In this document: positions 49,446-62,138 of the stretch, in pieces
Position numbering within the stretch: the first letter of the stretch is position 1
Layout of the letters: each line of letters starts with the position of its first letter
Assembly: GCF_902459465.1 (NCBI RefSeq)
Contig: NC_047069.1
Span: 21,390,001 to 21,454,000, forward strand
Source: Asterias rubens
Lineage: Eukaryota
Length of the DNA stretch: 64,000 nt
Direction of reading: 5' to 3'
Position numbers and translations under genes: made by a program
The notes under the pieces: generated by a model
Databases searched by the model: none
Told to the model about the DNA's origin: nothing
The model's input: the letters and a program-made list of their open reading frames with translations, nothing else

Positions 49446-49652
49446 TATAATTTGCAAAAGAAAGTGAAACAAAATAATTGACAAAATACTTAATTTATCC
49501 GATGTATGGCATCCCTGATATAGCTAAATATAGTGCTATTAATTATAACTATTTCCTGAACGGTATGATTGAAAACTGTATAAATTTACATGAGAAAATA
49601 TTTGTTTTTCTTTTCTAATGTTATGAAAACAGCATGGGATGAGAAGAGTGCC

Positions 49653-49808
49653 TTACTCAACGTCATAAGCTCGACATGCAGCACGGAGCCAGATTGCAAC
49701 TGCCTGTGCCCCAGGGTCTACTTCCTTTACTAGATCCCGGTTGACATAACTAGCTCGTCCTGCTCTAGCCTGCATCAAGCCAGTTTCTACCGCTTTATCT
49801 TCCGCTGC
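49653..49808 (-). CDS. TKFC: Triokinase/FMN cyclase, last coding exon
   Basis: Acceptor ttttcatcccctag|. AAEDKAVETGLMQARAGRASYVNRDLVKEVDPGAQAVAIWLRAACRAYDVE* has the DAK2 AGRASY and DPGA motifs. Confidence 0.96.
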   Translation of the reverse strand, partial: AAEDKAVETGLMQARAGRASYVNRDLVKEVDPGAQAVAIWLRAACRAYDVE

Positions 49809-50010
49809 CTAGGGGATGAAAACAATACAAGAATGACTTCAAGAAACATGTTTGCTTGTTTAAGATGTATCCACAGTGGGTTACAGGTATAAATAAATCC
49901 ATAATTTGGGAAGGGGGTATGCATGGATAATACATCACTGACAACATCAGGAATTCGGCATCTTTGGGTAGCAACAAAAACACAAAGTGCAGCCTGCAAC
50001 ATACAATATA

Positions 50011-50576
50011 CAATCTGCCTTGATTGCAGATTCTTAAGATACATGTCTTAACCAAATGTCTTAACCAGAGGTAAATTACCTCCCTAGAGGCGCTAAAGGA
50101 AGATAAGTCTTAAAGAAGTTTAGGGTTTTAAACATACGTCGTTTAATGAACCTTGCAGGACAAGCTCACATGAACTAAATAATAGGACAATAACAGTTTG
50201 CAAAAGAAGGTTGTGGCTGAGTTGCACAACCATTTATCCAGTCATAAAAACCTTTCCTTCGACAAACCGCTTGCTGTTTTTATAACATCTGGTCTCAACA
50301 ATTAAGTAACACTAACAATATTAGATTAAAATAACAAACACAGCAGTACCGCCAAAGGGACATGTCACGAAAAGGAATATACTAGTCTCGCATATCGGCG
50401 TCCATGCTTATCATATCATGCAATATTACTGCATGTCTCTTAAACAATGTGTAGATTTATAGAGACAGTTTGAACGGAGAATAATACAGATTGTTAACAG
50501 CCATTTGGTTAAGCAGCTATAAACCCTTCTCATCAGCAAGACATGTATCTTAAGAATCTGCAATCAAGGCAGATGG
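50011..50576. mobile_element. TA-flanked non-autonomous DNA transposon with about 37-bp perfect inverted repeats
   Basis: ATCTGCCTTGATTGCAGATTCTTAAGATACATGTCTT at 50013 is mirrored by AAGACATGTATCTTAAGAATCTGCAATCAAGGCAGAT ending at 50574, with TA outside both ends. Confidence 0.72.
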
Positions 50577-51594
50577 TAGACGGCAGCTGTGAATAATGAT
50601 ACCGAATATTACATGACATTAATCATTGTGATTAGTAGATGCAGAATGGAATCAAGTTACGACATCAACACCATCATCCATCAACTCATAAACACTTTTC
50701 CTGAAAGGTTGGGCAGCAAATAAGTGAAGGTTGATGAGTATATGGTAGATCGTGTTTCTATGTGGTAGATGTTTCAGGTCCAAGGTGTAGATTATAATTA
50801 ATTCCAATGTACATTTGTAGGGTGTGGTAAAAGTACTTCCGAAGCTAAGAAACAAATGTGTTTATTTAACAACACACCGATGTTTCGAGACGAGATACAA
50901 AAATGAATTGCAGTACCCACGGATAACACTTCTGTTTATGAGAGAGAACATAAGAACTAAAATACAAACGATGAAATTTTTTTTTATTTAATTGGCACAA
51001 TCTATATAAACCAGATATAAAGACGCAACAAATCAAAGACATCAGTCCTTAACGTCGTTCAATTTTCACAAGCTGCTTCATCAACTGCAATGAAGTTCTT
51101 CCAAAAAAATTCAAATCGACTTCGTATTCTTGTTTTCTGACTTTTATGATAAGCATTAACGAAGTATCACCGTCTTATAATAGCCCATAGTTTAAGACAC
51201 GAGGAAATTCATGAAATGAGTTATCCAGTCATCTTGAATTCGATATCCCGATCTTCTCAAAGGAAAGCTAAAACTCCAACAACAACAAACTCCGTTTACA
51301 AACGGTGGGTTATTATTTATAAACATCACAAGCCCAATCATGCATTGGCTTCATGCATGGACACACCACCATGAAGTACCTGGCCATTTAAATAATTTGA
51401 TTGTTTGCAAATTATACATTGCACTTTTGAAGTAATTATGATATACAGTTCTCTTTTGTCAGTCTCAAGTCTCAACGTGCAACTATAAATGTTCCTTTCC
51501 GTACTCTCTAAATGTTAAAGAGTGAAAAACAACACTTTTTACATTTCGAGCTGTCCCCCAGATGGCTCTTTTTAGAAAAGAGTGGGGGTTATTT

Positions 51595-51736
51595 CGTGAC
51601 ACTTGTGTCCTTGAGCAAGATACTTTAATATAATTGCTTCTCTTCACCCAGGGGTATAAATGGGTACCTGCGATGGTAGAGGTTGATATTGTGTTTGAAA
51701 AGGCCCTTTGAGCGATATAAAAGGTTGCCCAGGTTG
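51595..51736 (+). mobile_element. SINE fragment of the same family as 49125-49445, opposite orientation
   Basis: 137 bp match the reverse complement of 49264-49400 with 4 mismatches. Confidence 0.85.
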
Positions 51737-53514
51737 GACATCGTGTTGTGTGTCCTCAAAGAAGAATTCAGACCTTTTAAAAAAAACGATGGTCTTCTTT
51801 CGATTTGTTCTCGCTTTCGATACGCACTAGACGAATACAGCTTATGCAAATTATGTATATGTAATATGAGTCATACCGGAGAAAATATAACAAAATACAC
51901 GTTTGCATGTAGCCTATTTCTATTTCCTCCTGATGGGCGATACGAAACGATTAAAGAGTTTCTATTGAGGACGCGAACGTCATGACTGGGGCTCAAACAA
52001 GCGTTCTATACCCCCCCCCCCCCGAGTTCAATGCATCGCTCAGCCATGGCGAGCTCGTACAATAATGGACAGTACAGAAATGCGGGGTTGCTTTTATCAT
52101 AAATTAGTTATTAGTTTGTTTTATAAATAGGACGCATAATAATGTAAGCAGCTGATGTTGTTATTAAAGGGACTAGTCTGAAAAAACTGACTTGATTTGA
52201 TAAAATTGAGAATGAAGTTTATCTGAATTATGACAAGTACTGTTTCAAAATAAAACAAAATAAACAATTGCAAGCATTGTTTCAACGCCTAGTTAAGGAA
52301 AGGTTGAGCTTGTGGGGTTGGGCGATATCATAGTCACAAGATGAACATGTGCTGATCAAATAGGCCCTATCGGGCTGCTCAAACCACGGCAATGGGGTAA
52401 GGCTCTAATCTGGGCTCCGTCGGTCAAGGGAGTTCACAACGGCGGACTGTGATGTGGGGCTGGGAAGTGTCGTTCTTTGACTTTTAGGTTGTTCACTTTA
52501 AAAATTATTGTCTGCTTTCTCACCATACGAAAAGCCACTTCTGGTATTGTCAGCAAGTCAGCAATTCACATTAATGAAGACTCTGGATACTTGAAGATTT
52601 ATTTCAACCCACCGAATACATTACAACTAACGGATTCACTTACTGTCTATGCATAAAACATGGACGCCGATAAACATACGAACATCTATATCCCTACTTT
52701 GACGACAGCGGCGTCAAACTAAATGATAAAACACCAATACCTCATGGATAGTGTGGTTTATGAGTCTGCAATAATGAAGTCTGAGTGGTGTGTTGAAAAG
52801 AGTCAATACAACACTAACTGACATGAGCCGGGCACCCAAAAAAACTTTCAAATATAGAAGTCAGTAAGTCTTATCCCTAACTGATGGGTAATACAACAAA
52901 AAAGATCCCTTCAAATATAAAAGTCAGGAAGTCTCGTCCCTAATGTCTTAAACAAAAAAATAGAAGTCAGTAAGTCTTATCCCTAACTGGGTAATACAAC
53001 AAAATGAATAATGTTGGGTAAAAATCTAATGACTAAACATACCTCAATATAATGTTAATAATAATCATGATAGTTATCGACGAAAACAAATGTGGTTTCT
53101 GCGGATGGAGGGGACACAAAACAACATTAAGGTAATACGTCACTACAGTTACCCCGGTTACACTGTCCAATAATTATTTGGATCACTACATGAACATGCC
53201 ATACTCTGTGCAATGCAATTACATCTTATACGCCAAGGTCGAACTCGTCGAGTTTGCCCAATGAACCACAAAATGCTTCCCCCTGCTGGCCTGTAAAAAC
53301 ACTTTGCCTATCTCAACTAGGGACGTTGATTACATTTTTACTATACATGGTTCTTCTGTATTCAGTGCAGTCGCTTTCTCTGATGTAATCTTTGAGCCCC
53401 CCCCCCCCCGCTCCTCTCCCTTCTGAGTGACTAAAACAAAACCAGGTTCCTCAAATAATTGATAAGGTGATTGAAGGTCCGACATCCAAGTGAAGGGCGT
53501 GTCCGGAACCAATG

Positions 53515-53700
53515 CAAATCTAGTGCTCAAATTTAGCAAGGGTCCATTGCTAAATTGTAGTACGGTTGTCATTTTCTTACAACTATTTTGTCTACTATCC
53601 GAGTTCTCTTGCAAAATCTTGTCAAACACTGCTGCTCACAACCTTGCTAAAATTAAGCCAGGGACCACAGTTAAATTGATGTCGTGTGAATAGCACTTTA
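53515..53700. mobile_element. MITE family E, diverged copy
   Basis: TTTAGCAAGGGTCCATTGCTAAATTGTAGTACGGTTGT resembles the arm of 17983-18231. Confidence 0.5.
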
Positions 53701-53957
53701 AAGTCTCGTGTGGCATCAAGCAATACGTATAACAAAACACGCGCTGCCCCCTCCCCCCACCACACCCCCACCCCCCCCCCCCGAACCCACCAGCTATCCA
53801 TATATTCACAGGCCCAAGCCATTTGATTGGTGATTTCGGCATGAAATTGTTCAATTGATTTTATCCCTGGTTTGATGATGTGCTTCATGAATACGATGCC
53901 ATGGTTTCCAAAGTAAACAAATGTGATTGATTGAATCATGATTGAATCAAGTCTTAC

Positions 53958-54050
53958 CTCCACGGCTTGCCGAAAGTGGGATATGTCCAATACCTCCTGT
54001 TTGGACTGGTCTGTTTTTAGTGTTGCCAAGGCAGCGTGCATTGGGTCGAG
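53958..54050 (-). CDS. TKFC: TKFC coding exon (31 codons, phase 0/0)
   Basis: ccgcattttgacag|CTC...GAG|gtaaga; LDPMHAALATLKTDQSKQEVLDISHFRQAVE follows PGDRTM in frame. Confidence 0.92.
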
Positions 54051-54775
54051 CTGTCAAAATGCGGAGAGAGAAAATGTTAACTTTATAAACTATGAAATGA
54101 AGCAGCTGTAAATAATGGCGGAATACCAATCCACAAGAAATAATTACATCTGTAACATTTCAAATTTGAGGGAATGCTAATAGCAGTTGAACTTTGAAGA
54201 CCCGCTTTTTTTTTTTTTTTTTTTCGTTTGTGGCATTGGAACTCATCAAAATCTCTGACAAAACTGAACCGCTTTTAAACCAAATTTGGAAAGAACAAAA
54301 ATCATAGAGGTTGTTGTTTGGTTTTGTTCAAGGAAGTGTAATAGTGTCACAGATCAAGCAAAAAAAGTGATCTAATGGAAACAGGTGTGTACTTATTTTA
54401 GAGTATCCCATTAAGTGAAATATTCTGCCACTTATCAAAAGTCCATCAACGCACTGAGTATTTTTACCAGCGCGTGGGTAGACATTAAATAAAAGCTATA
54501 GATTGGAAGGGAATGTCATTCATGTTAATGACATCAAGGCGGAAATCTGGCTCCACTCCCTTCAAAGTAAACCCTTTTACCTAATCATGAATTAATCAAT
54601 CAAAGCAACGCCCAAATCATAATTTAGATTTTTGGTTAATTTGTTTAAAAAACCACAACGTGTTGATTTGAAATCTAAAAATGCAGGCGTTTTGGTCTGG
54701 GTTCATGTTGAAAATATCCATTACCATTAAGGCGAAGAGTAAAAATGAAACAGGCTCTTCGCCGAGCAAGGACTC

Positions 54776-55155
54776 TGAAAGGCCACGTTTAGTAAAATTT
54801 ACTCAACAAATATATAGTATTACATGTATAAGCATAAAAATTACCATGGTAACGGGCATATGGGCGCTGTTGGTAGTGTAAGACGATGAACAACTCCCTC
54901 TGAAGTAACAACGTTTTTATAGAAATACACAATTTCTCTTAAAATAATTAAACCCGAGAATGACTTCAGGCCTGAACACATTCTCAAACATGAAAGAACA
55001 CACTTGCGCAACACGAGTGTTTTGTTCTGTGATTTTCTTGCAACTTTGATAATAAGCCGAAATGTTTACAGGTTTGTTATTGTATGCATACCGTTGGGGT
55101 ACACCAAGTGCATGTACTGGTCTTTGAACAAAACAAACGTGCTGAGTGCCTTTAA
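54776..55155. mobile_element. Older family-A-related Kolobok-type MITE
   Basis: Shares CTCCCTCTGAAGTAAC and TTTACAGGTTTGTTATTGTATGCATA..TACACCAAGTG with family A, and ends GAGTGCCT|TTAA. Confidence 0.6.
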
Positions 55156-57771
55156 CAGAAAGTGATTATAACAAGGTGCAAGCAGAAAAAAACGACTTCG
55201 GTTGCGCGTCTGAAGTATGCACCCAACTTCAGCTGTATGAAGTTAAAATAGACGTTTAAGTATTAAATGAAAGTGGTATGCACTATAGTTTTTTTGTTTT
55301 TTTTATGAAACAAACTGGTAGTGTTTAAGCCTGCATCACCCGAGTTATACAGAATTGTTATCATGCAGAACCACTTAATTCAATCTGCTCATAATTTGTT
55401 TACACTTTGTTTCATACTTAGTGCATTTCTTTTAGCTAATAGCAAACGGTGATAATGTAGACACTTCACCACTCTGGACACTTAAAAAGGCGGGAGTGTA
55501 AACAATCACTTAAAATGGGTTTTGGTTATAGGGATCTAGCCATCAAATCAACTGTGAGAAGAGTGTGCTATTTTCAGGAAGTTGTTTGATCTTTGTAATG
55601 CTTTTAAAAGGTGTTTTCCTTGAAGACTCTCGTTCAGGTGGTTTGCACTCTCAGAATATTTAAAATAAATATATCAATGAAATTATCACAATCCGAGAGT
55701 TATGGGCCTTTTCCAAACCTAGGATTACACTCCGGCTTTGACCTGGTCTCCGTTATCCACGTAGGAGCAATGTGCACTTATTAGCACAGCGATCCAACAC
55801 CAAACAATCCCAGGAGCCGGAACACAACCCGGGGTTTGGAGTATTGGGATTGAAGACTTGGTATGAATTATTCCGCATGTCTTCGAATAGTCGACACCAA
55901 GTATTAAACGTTGTTCAAACGGCAATAGTTCGACAACCATCTCAATAGGTTCTTCATTGCACCATGTTTTCAAGAAATGGTTGAATCTCGCATTGTTGTC
56001 ACTATTAAAAACCGTATTACCTTTTAAACAGTGCCTATGGTACAAGTTTGATTGTGATCAACAGAACTCCAGAAATTAACTATGAAATAATTTTTCAACA
56101 GTCTTGGTCAGTTTACATGTTATGAGGCCCACACTCTAATTGCTTCAATTTTCTTCAAACAATATAAGGCCAATGGTCAAAACGGGATCAACAGTCGAGT
56201 TCAACAACTGGTTGAAGACGCATAATTCACGATCCATTCATACGGCTTCACCACACCGTTCAATTACGAACATGCTTGAATCAATGTTGGTTTCATTTCA
56301 TCCCGAACGTTTAAAAGTGAAAAGGCAAACAAGTTAAGACCATACATAAAACAGACGAAAAACATGTACAATTTAGCAACCTTGAGACTAAACAAACGTT
56401 TTATATACTAAGGCTTGCATATCCCTGCTTGACATTTTCAAAATGATTGATGGATGACAATTTCTTATTTTTATTTCAGTGGTTTAATGTAGTTCAAACA
56501 TCATAGCTCAAACATTATAGTTCAAACATGTAGTTCAAACATTAAAAGCATGAACCGTTTCTGTTCCTGTTCATTGACTATGTTTGAGTACGTATAGTCA
56601 AAACACATGTCATTGGTTGGTTGCACTTTATGTTGAGGAGTGCTTTACTTAGAAGGAGATTTCCTCTATCCTGACATCGTTCACTCGAGTGAGGCAAGGA
56701 ATGAAGTTAAATCGACAAGGAGCTTGACTGGTACAACACTAATTAAATGAATCACATCTGGGCCAAACGTAATAGCTGTATGGTCCCTCAATGCAGTTAA
56801 ATGCTATTCAATGCAATTCAAATTTATTTCCACTAACACATTTCCATAAAAAATAATGACAAAACTACTTAGTTATGCATAAACTGAAAGACAGAAAAGG
56901 AATAACCATAGCAGGAGAGCGCGTGGAAGCAAGGCTCAAAATAAGCCAGGTAGTTTGTAGCGGCTTGCCTTTATACAACAAAATACATAACAAGGTACTA
57001 AGACCTACTTAGGACAATACGAAGACGAAACAAACAAACAGACAGACAAACAGACATACATAGGACAGCAGACAGACAGACAAACAGACGAACCAACTAT
57101 GCTGAATGATATAAATTTGCATCGGGGATAAAGAACATAAGTTTTGTATAAGCGTTATGATACTCAGTACTTTCCCGAGTCTATCACAGGCATCTTACTG
57201 GGCTGAATGAGTATGCTGCACGACCTCGTCATCGAAATGCAAACATCTTAATACAACTCAGCGATTCAGATACTCGTTTGGGTATCTTGTATAACGAACG
57301 TACCCTTACATTTATCAAGAACAGCAAACTTAAATAAGTTCGCGCTTGGCCTTCGAAAGACCGAATAAAAATAAATCAACTTCAACTTCCCGTCCACAAA
57401 ATTAGTGACATGTCCCATAAATGATTTGCAAACGATTAGTGGAGCGGAAGAGGTAAGTGCTTTTCAATTTGTGCTTCAGGTAGAACATGAGATTACACAC
57501 ATCATTCTAATTGCAATGGTGAGAGATGCAAGTCCCATAGGTTAGGTTTTGCACTTTATGGCAAGTATAAGAAAAAATAATGAGGCTTGTTTATAAGAAT
57601 CATGAAATATTGGGTCGTCGAGTCGAGGCAAGACCAGACCTGTAGGTTCCTTGTGGAGTATCTCAGTCGATGTCATTAAGAACAATGCGAAATAGCAACA
57701 TTGCAGATGAGATGCCGAAATGCATATCAAGAAAGGACACAGACAAATAACGACAGTCAATCGTGACTTAC

Positions 57772-57805
57772 CATGGTTCGGTCCCCAGGCTCCGCTCCAC
57801 CATAT
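57772..57805 (-). CDS. TKFC: TKFC 34-nt coding exon
   Basis: Poly-C tract plus accttgttgcag|A TAT GGT GGA GCG GAG CCT GGG GAC CGA ACC ATG|gtaagt = (R)YGGAEPGDRTM. Confidence 0.94.
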
Positions 57806-58245
57806 CTGCAACAAGGTGGGGGGGGGGGGGTGAAAGTAGGAATGCAAATAAACTATTGTTTAGATCAGTTTCTTCCTTAATTGTTTTGCTCGAATGGCTT
57901 GTCTATTGTGCTGCTACATATTTAATTGTATGTCGTCCTTCTTTTTGTCACTCTCTTCTTTATTTCTGCGGGCTAAAGTACAGAAAATACGATAACTTGT
58001 TGAATCGTTTTAACACACAAACAGTTCCCAAACAGGCAAAATGTGCTGAGCACTATGGTCTGCCTGCTATAATACAGTGCAGTTCAATGTGTATACACAT
58101 TACTCTAAGGACACAATAAAGGGTGAACTTTCAGTTGCTTCTTTGTCTTGTGAGCAATTTGAAAACAAAGGACTGTTTCTCTGTCAAAATGTAGCTACAC
58201 CCTGTCCGTCACTGCCTGACAATAACGGTCTTGTCTATTATTCAC

Positions 58246-58349
58246 CTGCATACAGCCTGAATACCAGCGTCAAGAGCGTCAACCCAGTGAGTTGCTTCAG
58301 GATGAGATTGGAGACGTCTAGCTGCTGCTGTCAGAAACAACGTGTAGAG
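58246..58349 (-). CDS. TKFC: TKFC coding exon (104 nt)
   Basis: cccccattag|CTC...AG|gtgaat; LYTLFLTAAARRLQSHPEATHWVDALDAGIQAVC. Confidence 0.95.
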
Positions 58350-58693
58350 CTAATGGGGGTATGAAAACACATAAGTTAGAAATGGAACTAACTATCCTTA
58401 AGAGAATTTGAGTCCAATCTATTAATATAAACATTTTCTTTATGTAGATACTTAACAATTCAACCAATGTTCATGAAATAGGCATTCACCTCAAGAGTAT
58501 GAATATGCTCCCCTGTCGTAATGGTGATAAGGCCAGTTATCTGCCCCTTGATTGTTTCATTTTTCTTGATCCCCAAGATGTGTGATAATCTCACTTCATT
58601 GTAGCCGCCGGCTAATTTAACTTAGTATACCAAACACCCCGAAGCTTAACAGTTCCAGCAGGCTTTCAAACCAGTCATTCTGTAAATCGGCAC

Positions 58694-59188
58694 TTAAAAG
58701 CACCGGACACCTTTGATAATTGTCAAAGACAAGTACTCTCAATTGGTGTATCCCAAAATGTGTATAAGATTACAAATCTGTGGAAATTGTTACTCAATTG
58801 GTCATTAAAAACTTACTTGATGAGCTGTTGAAAACATTGTGAGAAACGGCTCCCTCCGAAGTAACATAGTTTTTGAGAAAAAGGTAATTTATGTAATGTC
58901 CCACCAGGTGTCCGGATTTGTAATGGACAATTGGAACGTTGATTCTTTCGTGCCATCATACATAGATCGTCATGTTTTTTTATTTGATATGTATTAGATT
59001 TTCTGAAATATTTTTTTAAAATCAATTTTTTTTCCCCGCTTTTAATGTAATAAATCACATTATCTAATTGTTGTAGATTCTTTATATAAGAGGCCGATAT
59101 CGTTGATAATATACTGAATTGAAATGTTTGGATACAACCAGTGAGAATACTGATATTTGACAATTACCAGAGGTGTCCAGTGCCTTTA
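58694..59188. mobile_element. Rearranged family-A-like MITE pieces
   Basis: TTAAAAGCACCGGACACCTTTGATAATTGTCAAAGAC at the left and CAATTACCAGAGGTGTCCAGTGCCTTTAA at the right, with scrambled or unrelated sequence between. Confidence 0.55.
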
Positions 59189-59494
59189 AACAAAGTAAAC
59201 TCTATATTATGTCAGATGTTTGTCCGTCTTTTTTGATATGTTAAATGACATTTCTCCACTGAAGTAAGTTTTCGACCAATGTGAAAACCACGATGGCTAC
59301 TCACAGCATATATTAATTTTAAATTGCAACTTGTATTTATGTATTCTTTATTAGAAACAGCCATCTTTGGCATGTCATGAAAAATGATGACCTACGGTTT
59401 GACACAAGCCAGTAGACTGTGACTCTGTTTTTATTATTCTATTAATTAAAGGCTAGTCTGTTTCAAATGAGTCAACGTTCCAGTTGTTTTGGTA

Positions 59495-60533
59495 AAATAA
59501 TAATAATAATTAACCATTCTTATATAGCGCATAACACATAGAAATCAAACATGTCCCTAAGCGCTTCTGAGAAAAACACAACAGAATACAAAGACAAGAC
59601 GTACTGAATTAAATGATAAATAAGTGCGTCTTTAAAGCAATCTTAAACCTAATAATAGAATCAATGTTTTTTATGTGTTCCGGGAGATTGTTCCATAAGG
59701 TTGAGGCAGTGTGAACGAAGCTGCGTTCACCATATGATTTGGTTATCACTGGTGGAATAATAAACAACTTTTTCTTATTAGAACGAAGATTTCTAGAAGG
59801 TGTGTACAATGTTAACAGCTCTGTCAAATAAGGAGGCGCAAAATCATAAAACATTCATATGCTAACAACAATATTTTGAATGAAATGCGAGAGTGAATAG
59901 GTAGCCAGTGTAAGTCTCTTAGAATAACAGACACAGGTTCATGTTTCCTGATACGATAAATAAGACGAGCTGCAGAGTTCTGCACAACCTGCATCTTCTG
60001 CACTTGACGAGCCGAGATCCCAGAAAGGAGGCTATTGCAAAAATCAAGATGACACACCACAAAAGCATGAATCAAGCGTTCAGTGGTGTGTTTATCTATC
60101 AGGTTGCGAATTTTCCCGATTTTGTGAAGTGCAAAAGATGCTGATCTGCATTTCTGTGAAACAAAACTGTCCATAGTGAAATTATCATCAAATATTGCAC
60201 CCAAATTACGACACTTCCTGACAGAATTAACCTGTATGCCATCTAAATCAATGAATGATATGTGATCTGTGGAACGAAAACGGGAAGATATGTGAAGGAA
60301 TTCAGTCTTGTTGCTATTGAGCTTAAGACCGTTGATTTGAGACCATTCCTTAATTGCTTGAACACAGTCAACCATCTGAGTAATAACATCACGTGCTTCT
60401 GAATGTTTAAATGCAATATACAATTGAGTGTCATCAGCGTAGAACATTTTATGAACATTATGATTGTCAATTAGTGACTCTAGTGGAGCAGTGTACAGTG
60501 TAAACAACAGGGGACCTAGCACAGAACCTTGGT
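59495..60533 (-). mobile_element. L2-clade LINE, 5'-truncated, one frameshift, in a TKFC intron
   Basis: QGSVLGPLLFTLY, FYADDTQLY, LNSNKTEF, LHWLPIHSRISFKILL, LWNNLP...FKIALKTHLF, then a short 3' UTR and (TTA)n tail. Confidence 0.95.
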
Positions 60534-61163
60534 ATATTTCGGTTGGTTGCACACTAATCAAACAACCATTATAAAGCAAGCAGAATGTATTCATTCAACC
60601 AGGTTGTGCCCCATTTAACTGCATGGCTCACAGTCTCACCATTAATACTGAGTCAACATTTATCTTCATAGAATATGAAGTGAGATTCATGCATAATTTG
60701 TGTTTGGTTCCAAAATAGCAGACATCCAAATCAATCAATATTAATGATACAACGCCCACAAGTTTGGCGATTGTCTATTCACAAAATGAATATTTCAAAT
60801 GGAACTCTCACTTATTTTGAAGTTAATATCAACATATCAGTCATCCCGGAGGTTTTCATAATGGTCAATATCGAAGTCTTATTACAGCACACTTATCAAC
60901 CAAGAGGATACTTAAGTGCAGTATGTCTGAAATACAGTCACAGTCACGGTTGATTAAAAGCAATTATAAAGACTCAACAAATATCTGCTTATTTTGACTG
61001 TCTCAATTGAAGAATACCCGACATCAAACTGAACTGACATAGTTCCGCTACTTTCACTGATGTTGTCACAGAGTAAAATGATAATAAATTTGCTCTTTGA
61101 ACAGACAGTGACGGACAATGAGGTACTTTGTTACTTTGTATGTTTACGTTTCGGATTGCTCAC

Positions 61164-61267
61164 CCCGCCAGAGGAACCGCCCATACTCTCACCAACTATA
61201 CCGGCGAGGGCGCCAATCATCTCAACAGTTCCCATGGCAACAAGAGAATCACGACTACTCAATATAG
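61164..61267 (-). CDS. TKFC: TKFC coding exon (104 nt)
   Basis: tttgtgtatacag|CT...GGG|gtgagc; (A)ILSSRDSLVAMGTVEMIGALAGIVGESMGGSSGG contains the DAK2 MGGSSG motif. Confidence 0.94.
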
Positions 61268-61445
61268 CTGTATACACAAAGTTAAAATATAAACCCGTTA
61301 TTGTTGTATAAATTAATTCAGCGTAGTTGTCAGCATAATTAGCATCTAGAAAGTAAAAAGCACACGTTCATAAGTAAAATTGTCCCGTTTTCTGGGTCTT
61401 TGTCTTCTTCTTTTCTCAGTGGGCATGATAATCCTAGTCGGTTTG

Positions 61446-61503
61446 TCAATGGTCCATTATCAATGGTCCATTATCAATGGTCCATTATCAATGGTCCATT
61501 ATC
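61446..61503. repeat. 14-bp tandem repeat, four copies
   Basis: (TCAATGGTCCATTA)4. Confidence 0.95.
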
Positions 61504-62003
61504 TCTTGATGATTGATGTTCAGTCTCACTGAGGTCTCAAGTATGAGGTTTGTGCATTGAAGTAACCGAGAGGGTGTTTGACTTGTCCATTATTAAGAGT
61601 TCCTACTTCAGAGTCATCGGATCTGGCTAAAGTGTCTTCACTGCTGCTGAAACGGTGCTTTCTTGAATGTTCTTAAAAAATACACAACCAACTTGCCACT
61701 TCCTTTGAAACAACTGTATTCCTTAAAAAAATACTGAATAGTATGATCCCTTCTTGGTATTTTATCACTGTTTGCTAAATCCATACTTGGGACCAAGATG
61801 GTGGCTGAGCGACACAGTTCTTCGAATTGTATTTTTTGAAGTAATATAAACAGATGGGTGAACACTAGATTAATTTAACCAAATTTAACCAAGTTGTACG
61901 TTTCTGGGTAATAGCGCCCATACCGTGATACTAATTGATAAAGATTGGACTACGTAAAATGCAATGTTGAAACTACCAATCAATCACCACATCATGCTCT
62001 CAC

Positions 62004-62138
62004 CCTCAGCACCACGCCGCATAGTGGAGCCACAATCACCATCTCCACCAGACCTATCTAACTCGTTCAGTCTGTCTTCAGACGCAATCAGAGACTCACA
62101 AATAGAAACCACAACTTTTAGCAGTCTAGTTGACGATC
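62004..62138 (-). CDS. TKFC: TKFC coding exon (135 nt), start of the DAK2 domain; upstream exons not found in the window
   Basis: tttctcatctacag|GA...G|gtgaga; (G)SSTRLLKVVVSICESLIASEDRLNELDRSGGDGDCGSTMRRGAE contains the LN.LD...GDGDCG motif. Confidence 0.96.

Noticed and set aside
55725-56045. 106-aa minus-strand ORF in a TKFC intron
   Set aside because: Not part of the TKFC exon chain, which closes without it. It has no recognisable domain, and its 3' end appears to run into repeat-like sequence.
57400-57460. Perfect plus-strand donor GAG|GTAAGT as a nested antisense exon
   Set aside because: A few such 8-mers are expected by chance in 64 kb, and there is no matching acceptor or ORF.
6570-61503. 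Several short 2-4-copy local duplications (6570-6700, 12610-12705, 14545-14630, 18582-18715, 52850-53005, 56485-56545) and many poly-G/C or poly-T tracts
   Set aside because: Ordinary slippage products with no link to other features.
61532-61675. Exon-like minus-strand frame (HSRKHRFSSSEDTLARSDDSE...)
   Set aside because: It is phase-incompatible with the flanking TKFC exons, which join each other directly as GAE-A-ILS.
62005-62025. CTCAGCACCACG as a REST/RE1 site
   Set aside because: Only the left half matches, and it is TKFC coding sequence (RRGAE).
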